Position numbers and translations under genes: made by a program. The notes under the pieces are model-generated. The model was not told the DNA's origin. It saw only the letters and a list, made by a program, of their open reading frames with translations, and ran no database searches. From a virus, in the IMG/VR virus record IMGVR_UViG_3300037851_000538, positions 1 to 64,000 of that record: a stretch of DNA of 64,000 nt; one strand, written 5' to 3'. Of the stretch, positions 56,428 to 63,161 are shown piece after piece (position 1 is the first letter of the stretch; each line of letters opens with the position of its first letter).

Positions 56428-58320
56428 ATGGCAGGTGACCGCACTTCGGTGTACGCGATGGTCCATCAGGTTCTGGCGGATTCCAAGAAGAAGCTCGAGG
56501 AAGGCCAGACCAAGGTGGCGTCGTCTACACAACGCTCGGCTGCTTCTCATACGGTGAGTGGCAGACGTAGCGGATTTTCAAAGATCGCCGACGCTTGTGA
56601 TCGTCTTGCCGAGTGTATTCACTTGGTGAACGACGACCGCTCGCCTCGAGAGAAGTTGGCTGAGTACGCAGCCATCCACCAAGCCCTGACGAAGCGGGCC
56701 TTTGACGTTGGGAACGATGCTCCTAAGGAGCCGTCGTTGTCTGCGTACCAAGGTACCGGCAACAAGGGTGAGCATCAGGATCAGGAAGCTGAGGGTTCTA
56801 GCCAGCCCCCGGTTTCGGTTCCGCTGGACGATGGAAGCCCCAACCCAGGTGGCCCCGACAGTGCGCTTTTGGCCGTCCCGGCTATGACTCCTGGAGAGTC
56901 TTTGGATGCTGGGGAGAGTGGCGAGGCCACAGACGCGCATCAGTCCCCCGATGAAGTGACTCCGAACGAGAGTCCTCAGCCTCTTGATGCGGCAAACGCT
57001 CTGGAAACTAATCAAGACATGATGATGCCAGAGCAGCCCGAGGACGTTCTTAAGCAGTCTGCCGCAATGCGCAAGCACGCGTATATGCGTGCTTTGTCCA
57101 AGCAAGCCGATTTGAGCTCTGGTAATCTTTTGAACGTTCGTGAAACGGGTGCGGCAACTCCTGGAGAGCTACAGGGAGAGCGGGCAGGCAGAAGAGTGGG
57201 AGCAGTCAGCGGATTAGCGGCTGGAGCATTGGGAGGAGCGGCCCTTGGTGCTGGAGTTCCTTTGGCAGCCAGGGACATATCTCCTATGTTTCTGACGGGA
57301 TTACATCCTGAGGAGGCAAGGAATGCGGCTCAACTTCTTAAGCGTGCTCCCTTCAAGACTTTAGCAGCTTTGGGTAGCGTTGGAGGCCTACTTGCCGGAG
57401 GTGCGCTGGGAACTAGTTTGGGTAGAGGCATAGGCGGAAATCTTGGTTTAACGGTCGGGTCAATTAAAGGACCTTCTCAATTTGACAAAACATCGAGTTT
57501 GAAGAAGGCGTCTTCTGTCCGTAAGCTCCAAATCATGGCCAAGATTGCTGAAGATGCTCTTAACCCGGCTCAAATCGAGGCCGGTACGGAGCCCGAGCTT
57601 CAGTCGGCAGATGGGATTCCGAATCAGCTTTCTCAGGGCTCTGAGGTTGGGGAGCTGACTCCTCGGGAAACAGCTCCCAATGTTGGTGAAGGCTCTGGTC
57701 GAGAGCTCTTGAGCAGCATTGAGGCGGCTATCAACGCTACGAAGTCTGACGCTAAGGGCCAGAACAAGGGTCCTTTGTCTGAGGTTTTGACTGAGCCGGC
57801 AATGTCTGAGGCTCATGATGAGACGTTGGCCGAGTCGTTGGACAATACGGACAGTGCGGGCGTGAAGATCTCTTCGGCGCAAGTCAGCGCGGCTCGAGAG
57901 CTTCTTCGCCGGTACATCAACTCGGCTCCTGGCAACGCTATGAAGGTGGCTGCCATCTTGAAGATGTCGGCAGACGGTGCGGATGCCGCGGACATTGCTC
58001 CGGGTGGTGGAGGAGCTCCCATGCCGACGGGTGGAGAGATGACCTCTTACCCCACTGATGCCGAAGTCGCTCCTATGGAGGAGGAGGGTGTCGGTGAGGT
58101 TTCGGAAGAGGCATTAGCTGCCGCGTCTCAGGGAGTGACACCGGAAGAGGTTGAACAGGCGCAACAGCTCTTGGCCATGCAAGAGCTTGCTGGTGGTATG
58201 GAAGGCCAGCAAGAGGCTCCGGCAGCAGGGGCAGAAAACATGGAAGTCACCAGCCAAATGGGCGGTATGGGAATGTCATCCCAACCGACACCGTCACCTT
58301 GGTCCGGTGGTGGGATGTAA
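56428..58320 (+). CDS. Acidic scaffold/core-like head protein with internal glycine-zipper insert
   Basis: AAGGAG RBS; TKVAS, TKRAF, LKQSA, SKQAD, DKTSS, AKIAE, VKISS, LKMSA; upstream of the capsid genes. Confidence 0.7.
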   Translation: MAGDRTSVYAMVHQVLADSKKKLEEGQTKVASSTQRSAASHTVSGRRSGFSKIADACDRLAECIHLVNDDRSPREKLAEYAAIHQALTKRAFDVGNDAPKEPSLSAYQGTGNKGEHQDQEAEGSSQPPVSVPLDDGSPNPGGPDSALLAVPAMTPGESLDAGESGEATDAHQSPDEVTPNESPQPLDAANALETNQDMMMPEQPEDVLKQSAAMRKHAYMRALSKQADLSSGNLLNVRETGAATPGELQGERAGRRVGAVSGLAAGALGGAALGAGVPLAARDISPMFLTGLHPEEARNAAQLLKRAPFKTLAALGSVGGLLAGGALGTSLGRGIGGNLGLTVGSIKGPSQFDKTSSLKKASSVRKLQIMAKIAEDALNPAQIEAGTEPELQSADGIPNQLSQGSEVGELTPRETAPNVGEGSGRELLSSIEAAINATKSDAKGQNKGPLSEVLTEPAMSEAHDETLAESLDNTDSAGVKISSAQVSAARELLRRYINSAPGNAMKVAAILKMSADGADAADIAPGGGGAPMPTGGEMTSYPTDAEVAPMEEEGVGEVSEEALAAASQGVTPEEVEQAQQLLAMQELAGGMEGQQEAPAAGAENMEVTSQMGGMGMSSQPTPSPWSGGGM

Positions 58321-58348
58321 TCGCTGCCAACAAAGAAGGAGAACCGCG

Positions 58349-58702
58349 ATGACCATGAAGAAGATTAGTTCCCAAGACGCGGCTGCCCTCCTGAAGCAGG
58401 CGGCAGCGGCAATTCGGTCTCTTGAAACTCAAAATGTGCAGCTTCAAGAGAAGCTGGCGTTTCGAGATCGAGACGACCGGATTGTGAAGATTGCTCGTGA
58501 CATGGAGACGAAGGGTCTCCTTCCGGACATGACGCTTCCTGAGAAGGTTGCCCATCTCCGTAAGGCCCAGAACCTCGAGGTCACGGAAGAGGCGGTCAAG
58601 CTTGCGGCCCCGCAGGGTCGTGGGTTTGGCGATGTCGTTGATGTTCCTGGTAGTTCGTCTCACCCGTTTGAGACGTTCATCATGACGGGCGACGACCTGT
58701 AG
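58349..58702 (+). CDS. Small scaffold-like coiled-coil protein (start re-assigned)
   Basis: AAGGAG RBS before ATG 58349; helical; six K-x-A/S motifs; conserved position before decoration + MCP. Confidence 0.65.
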   Translation: MTMKKISSQDAAALLKQAAAAIRSLETQNVQLQEKLAFRDRDDRIVKIARDMETKGLLPDMTLPEKVAHLRKAQNLEVTEEAVKLAAPQGRGFGDVVDVPGSSSHPFETFIMTGDDL

Positions 58703-58739
58703 GACTGAGGAACGAAACCCCATTTGGAGGTAAGGTAAC

Positions 58740-59189
58740 ATGCCGGTTTATTTCAAGCTTGTGAGTGAGTTTCAGACGATTCATCGTCGTCCCTTTGAGC
58801 TCGATGACGCCACGATTCTCAACCCGGTCAGCAGCAATCCGTTGATCGAGGGCGAGTTTCTGGAGTTCACGACCACGACGTACAAGATGAAGCGTGGCGC
58901 TGGCGCTCCTGCGTTGATTCCGTCGTTCGCGTACTTTGCGGAGCAGGGTCGTTACGAGACGCAGGCTCTTGGCAAGGGTCCGTTCTTGTACCTCGGCCCG
59001 TATGAGGCCGATACGATGATCATGGACGCCACGAGTCTGGCGGTCGGCGACGCTCTTGAGGTGTCGAACGTGACGATCGGCGGTCTCACGCGTCGTGGTT
59101 TGGTGAAGTACACGTCGGGCTTCAAGGTTGGGTACGTGACTCGTCTCCCGGCCGACAACCGCGGCTATCTTCGGTTCATTCGGGCGTAG
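58740..59189 (+). CDS. Capsid decoration/cement-like protein
   Basis: 149-aa beta-rich ORF immediately before MCP; strong RBS; high-expression codon bias. Confidence 0.55.
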   Translation: MPVYFKLVSEFQTIHRRPFELDDATILNPVSSNPLIEGEFLEFTTTTYKMKRGAGAPALIPSFAYFAEQGRYETQALGKGPFLYLGPYEADTMIMDATSLAVGDALEVSNVTIGGLTRRGLVKYTSGFKVGYVTRLPADNRGYLRFIRA

Positions 59190-59231
59190 TTGAGACTGAA
59201 AGAGTCACGAGGAAGGTAAGGAGAAAACACC

Positions 59232-60356
59232 ATGAGTATGGTTCAGGCTTCCATCGAGATGTTCAATCAGCGTCTCGACTCGCAAGAAGGCAAGGACAAG
59301 TTGGCTGAGCTGGGCGGTTCGTGGATTCGCGACCGTCTGCGTGAAGTGTCGTTCATGCGGCACTTGCTTCCTCCGGAGCAGGTTACGCGGGCTGACTGTC
59401 AGCGTTCGGTGAATCACGACACGCTGGTCAAGATCGTTGACATCGAGCCGCAAAGCCGCGCGATGGCGATCACGTTCCGCGACCAGCCCACGGCCCGGTT
59501 CATCCGCGCCCCGAAGGCTGAGATTCCGTTCTTCACGATCTCATCGGAGAAGTTCGAGAAGACGGAGCAGGAGCTCCTCGCCTACGAAATGCCCATCACC
59601 AAGGTCATCGAAGACAACACGGTGAAGGACATTCAGGAGATCGAGGACCGCGAGGGTCTTCGTCACCTCGAGGCCGGCGTCCAGGCGATGCAGACAGAGG
59701 TCAACACGACTACGACGGTTGCGTACAACGCTACCAATATTCGTGCTCTGAATGCCAATGCCCAGGTCGTTTCGGTTGTGAAGGGCGAGCTCGCTCTTGC
59801 GGCTGACGGTACGGACTTTGTGGTTCGTCCGGTGCAGCGTCCTGACTTCGTGAATCTCTTCAAGATCCTCGACGGCCGGCGTCTCCGTTCGGAGCGCGTT
59901 CTGATCACCGAAGTGGACCACGACGACGTTCTTCAGTGGACGGTCGAGGACTTTGGCGATCGCATCCAGTCCGAGACGGTTGTTGACGGCTACAAGTACA
60001 ACACGCTGCTCGGCCGCAAGGTTGTTCGTACGGTGAAGACGGACCTTCTCCGCCCGGGCAACATCTTCGTCTTCACGGCGCCGCAGTTCTTCGGGAAGTT
60101 CTACATCCTGAACAACACGAAGTTCTACATCGACAAGATCGCGAACGTCATCACGTGGCAGTCGTGGGAAGACATCGGCATCGGCCTCATCAACGTGTCG
60201 GCTTGGGCGAAGCTCGAGCTCTACCGCGGCTCGGTTCGTCCGACTGCGTATGACACCGGCTGGACTGCGAAGCTTCCTGTGTCCGAGGAAGATCTGGGCG
60301 CAGAGAACAATCGGGTTGACCGCGGGCTGCACTACCCGAGTGTTCAGCAGTATTAG
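59232..60356 (+). CDS. Major capsid protein (HK97-fold, putative)
   Basis: 374 aa; strongest codon bias in the window; IRDRLREVSFMRHLLPP, DIQEIEDR helix, TLLGRKVV; scaffold-decoration-MCP order; followed by hairpins. Confidence 0.8.
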   Translation: MSMVQASIEMFNQRLDSQEGKDKLAELGGSWIRDRLREVSFMRHLLPPEQVTRADCQRSVNHDTLVKIVDIEPQSRAMAITFRDQPTARFIRAPKAEIPFFTISSEKFEKTEQELLAYEMPITKVIEDNTVKDIQEIEDREGLRHLEAGVQAMQTEVNTTTTVAYNATNIRALNANAQVVSVVKGELALAADGTDFVVRPVQRPDFVNLFKILDGRRLRSERVLITEVDHDDVLQWTVEDFGDRIQSETVVDGYKYNTLLGRKVVRTVKTDLLRPGNIFVFTAPQFFGKFYILNNTKFYIDKIANVITWQSWEDIGIGLINVSAWAKLELYRGSVRPTAYDTGWTAKLPVSEEDLGAENNRVDRGLHYPSVQQY

Positions 60357-60361
60357 AGTCT

Positions 60362-60454
60362 AAGACCAGGAGTATCCTTCTGGTCTTGGTACGCCCCCAG
60401 AGGTGGTAGGGATTCCACCACAACTTGCTCTTCTTACCACTTCTGGGGGCTTTT
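60362..60454 (+). terminator. Two consecutive stem-loops after MCP, the second followed by a T run
   Basis: AAGACCAG...CTGGTCTT and GCCCCCAGAGGTGGTAGG...CTTACCACTTCTGGGGGC-TTTT. Confidence 0.65.
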
Positions 60455-60467
60455 CATTGGAGGAGTT

Positions 60468-60884
60468 ATGTACCTCATTCGTAACCTTTCTCGGAGTCCT
60501 TCTACCAAGCGTATTCGAGCGCAGAGAAACGGTCGTTGGACAAGTTTTATGCTGGATACTGGCACCCGTATTCGGCGCAAAGGTCCTCGGTACACGGAGA
60601 TTGACGAGTCTACTCTTCGTGCCAATATCGAGGACATCATTTGGGGAGTCGAGGAAGGGTACATTGAGTTGTTCTCTTCCGACGAGAAGCCTCTTTCAGT
60701 GAACGACATTTTGGCACTCGTACCTAAAACAAAGAGTGCTGACTCGGTTCCTCAGCCTGTCCGTGTCCAGGTTCCTAATGACCCGGACATTAAGGCTAAG
60801 GAATCCCCTGAAACAACAACCACTTCCACGGCATCGCCAGCGAAACCGGTTCAGGTCTTTGCCAAGAAGAAGACTGGAGCGTGA
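60468..60884 (+). CDS. Hypothetical virion-module protein
   Basis: GGAGGAG RBS; 138 aa. Confidence 0.65.
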   Translation: MYLIRNLSRSPSTKRIRAQRNGRWTSFMLDTGTRIRRKGPRYTEIDESTLRANIEDIIWGVEEGYIELFSSDEKPLSVNDILALVPKTKSADSVPQPVRVQVPNDPDIKAKESPETTTTSTASPAKPVQVFAKKKTGA

Positions 60885-60885
60885 G

Positions 60886-61299
60886 ATGAGCACCAAGATC
60901 TGGAATGCGTCAAACACAAGCCGAGTCCTTTTGGGTCGGACCGTTAAGCCTGGTCGTTGCGTGGTGACGGGTGAGTCTGTATCGAGTCTTCACAAGCTGG
61001 CTACCGGAATTGAGTCTCGCAACGTGATGGTTGGTGATTCGGCTCCGTACGGCAAGCCTCCTCGGGCCGTCGCAGATGCCCGCCTGGTGAATGGCAAGGG
61101 CGAGGTCGAGGGTCCTCGTCGAATAGCGCCGAAGGCGGCTCATGGTCAGGATTCTGTAGAGAGCTCTGCGGAGCCAAAGAACCTGGACCTGTTTCCCAAA
61201 ACCACGCCTGAACAGAAAGCTCCCGGAGAGCTAACTTCTTCGTTGCAGGCAACGGATGACGTTTCCCTTCTGAAGAAAAAAGCCAAGAAGGTGGAATAG
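60886..61299 (+). CDS. Hypothetical protein (start re-assigned to ATG 60886)
   Basis: GGAG RBS, directly after the previous stop. Confidence 0.55.
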   Translation: MSTKIWNASNTSRVLLGRTVKPGRCVVTGESVSSLHKLATGIESRNVMVGDSAPYGKPPRAVADARLVNGKGEVEGPRRIAPKAAHGQDSVESSAEPKNLDLFPKTTPEQKAPGELTSSLQATDDVSLLKKKAKKVE

Positions 61300-61823
61300 T
61301 GTCGAGCGCACTCACAGAGAATCCAGCTCCTGTCATTCCCCCAGAGATTGACGACCCCCGTTTCAATTATCTGGAGATGCGAGTTCGGGATAGGCTCCGT
61401 GATTATGCCGAGCTCAATCGTTTAACGTCTGGATACGACCACAGCCCGAGGCTGATTAAATGGGCAATCTACGACACCCTAGGCGATTGGGCATCTACTC
61501 CGCCATTTATAGGCGTTACTCTAGACAAAATTCTAGAACGCCAATGGACGAGCGTTTTTATCCTTGGCGTCACTATCGAGCTGTTGAGGTCACTGAGCAT
61601 TCTTCATATGAGGAACTACCTATCGTACTCAGACGGTGGCGTGAACGTTCAAACGGAGAATCCACAGCTCATAATGTCGTGGCTGCAGATGGCACAGTCT
61701 GAGTACGAGCAAAAGAAGCAACGCATTCTGATTGCAGCCAATATCGAAAGCTCGTTAGGTTCCAACGTATCCGGGGTTCACGGAGAATACTACTTCATTA
61801 ACTCGTTCTTCGGGTATTTATAG
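61299..61823 (+). CDS. Head-tail connector/neck protein candidate
   Basis: VRDRLRDYAELNRL...YSDGGVNV...YEQKK helical adaptor-like pattern downstream of MCP. Confidence 0.5.
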   Translation: MSSALTENPAPVIPPEIDDPRFNYLEMRVRDRLRDYAELNRLTSGYDHSPRLIKWAIYDTLGDWASTPPFIGVTLDKILERQWTSVFILGVTIELLRSLSILHMRNYLSYSDGGVNVQTENPQLIMSWLQMAQSEYEQKKQRILIAANIESSLGSNVSGVHGEYYFINSFFGYL

Positions 61824-61857
61824 GTATAGTTTCTTTAGAAATTGACTCTTAGAATTT

Positions 61858-61865
61858 GGTATAAG
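61858..61865 (+). promoter_or_regulatory. GGTATAAG putative phage promoter element
   Basis: AT-rich intergenic region about 40 nt upstream of the HNH ATG. Confidence 0.55.
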
Positions 61866-61904
61866 ACTTATAGGAAGTCTTTACCATTTTTTTAGGAGAG
61901 TAGA

Positions 61905-62711
61905 ATGCACGTCAATCCGAAACTAGAAGAAGAAACTCTTAAGCGAATGTACTCCGAGGAAATGTTGTCAGTACCCGAAATATCCAAGCGTTTGGGGTGT
62001 TCCTCCTATGGTGTTCTAAACGCTCTTAGAAGATTCAAAATACCACTACGTTCCAGAAGAGAGGCCTCTAAACTTCGCCACAGCCATACCTGGACGGCTG
62101 ACTGGGAATCTTTAGCTAAAGAGTATGAGGCCGGCCGTACCATCGAGGAGATAGCGGAAAAAGCCAACTGTTCTTTGGCCACGGTATCTGCACATCTCCG
62201 TAGACTTGGCGTTTCTGTACGCCCTAGAGGCTCTGATACACCTATTCATCCCCTGTCCCAAAGAAACAGTAAAAGGATAAACATCGACATTGAAAAAGCC
62301 GCCGCTATGAACAGGGCCGGTTCTACTCTTACTGAAATCGGAAAGGCTCTTGGAAACATCGCGGTTCAAGTAGTCTCAAAACGCTTTCGAGAAGCTAATG
62401 TCCCGGTCATTGTCAACCGTGCTTCTAAGGACGAATTCAAGAACGTTCAATTCCAAAGGAGGAAAGTAGCACGTGCCATTAACGCCACAGCTTGCGTTAT
62501 CTGTGGAGAGACGCGCGCCGTGGACCTTTGCCACATTTTTCCTCGCCATCGAGGAGGAGAGCTCGTTCCCGACAACACCATAGCTCTCTGTCAGACCCAC
62601 CACCATTGTTTTGACCGCGGAACTTTGAAGGGCGCTGAGATAAAAAAGATCAAACCGTTTTTGCAGCAAGCAGCTGCAAAAGGTTTTACCCACCCTCACT
62701 ATTCTGGATGA
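61905..62711 (+). CDS. HNH homing endonuclease with tandem N-terminal HTH repeats
   Basis: Three HTH-like repeats (LSVPEISKRLGCS, TIEEIAEKANCS, TLTEIGKALG) plus CVICG..DLCHIFP..GG...NTIALCQTHH..FD. Confidence 0.85.
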   Translation: MHVNPKLEEETLKRMYSEEMLSVPEISKRLGCSSYGVLNALRRFKIPLRSRREASKLRHSHTWTADWESLAKEYEAGRTIEEIAEKANCSLATVSAHLRRLGVSVRPRGSDTPIHPLSQRNSKRINIDIEKAAAMNRAGSTLTEIGKALGNIAVQVVSKRFREANVPVIVNRASKDEFKNVQFQRRKVARAINATACVICGETRAVDLCHIFPRHRGGELVPDNTIALCQTHHHCFDRGTLKGAEIKKIKPFLQQAAAKGFTHPHYSG

Positions 62712-62721
62712 CTTTGGAAAC

Positions 62722-62769
62722 ACTCGCCGCAGGAGTAGTGGCTTGCGGCGAGTCAGTTATTTTTAGCCC
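62722..62769 (+). terminator. Hairpin + TTATTTTTAGCCC terminator between convergent genes
   Basis: ACTCGCCGCAG...TTGCGGCGAGT followed by the 13-mer shared with 2748-2760. Confidence 0.75.
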
Positions 62770-62781
62770 CTATACTGGAGA

Positions 62782-62934
62782 CTACCTATCTTCCCACTTG
62801 CTCATCCACTGTCTGCAAGTGCCTTCTTTGTTCTTAGGAAAGAGCCATCTGGCCCTACATCCGGTAGGCCACCAATGACGACAGCTGGAGCAATCTTTTT
62901 TAGCCGCTTCCATCTTTCGTCGTTGCTCTCCCAC
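62782..62934 (-). CDS. Small Cys/Trp-rich protein, 43-50 aa (..MEAAKKDCSSCRHWWPTGCRARWLFPKNKEGTCRQWMSKWEDR); not in ORF track
   Basis: AAGGAG RBS upstream; CxxC..C..C pattern. Confidence 0.55.
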   Translation of the reverse strand: MGEQRRKMEAAKKDCSSCRHWWPTGCRARWLFPKNKEGTCRQWMSKWEDR

Positions 62935-63005
62935 GGTCTTTCTATCTCCTTCCAGACCAGTACCTAAGAAAGGGGGTTCTCCCCCTATTTAGGACACTCT
63001 ACCCA

Positions 63006-63095
63006 TCACCGGTATATGAAGTACAGAACCATCAAGAATCCCCCTATGGTTATTGCAGTCAGAGTGTTTTGCAACCATACTGGTAGATTTTTCAT
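63006..63095 (-). CDS. 29-aa single-TM peptide (MKNLPVWLQNTLTAITIGGFLMVLYFIYR); not in ORF track
   Basis: TAAGGAGG RBS immediately after the GGTATAAG motif. Confidence 0.6.
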   Translation of the reverse strand: MKNLPVWLQNTLTAITIGGFLMVLYFIYR

Positions 63096-63115
63096 GTCTC
63101 TTCCTCCTTACTTTT

Positions 63116-63123
63116 CTTATACC
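63116..63123 (-). promoter_or_regulatory. GGTATAAG putative phage promoter element
   Basis: 20 nt upstream of ATG 63095. Confidence 0.55.
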
Positions 63124-63161
63124 AGTTTCCGTTCTGATTATTGCGTATGTATAGTGTACCA

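Noticed and set aside
20296-63146. TGCGT-like element upstream of plus-strand units (~20303, ~27156, ~63142) as a late promoter
   Set aside because: Too short and inconsistently spaced to distinguish from chance without a genome-wide test.
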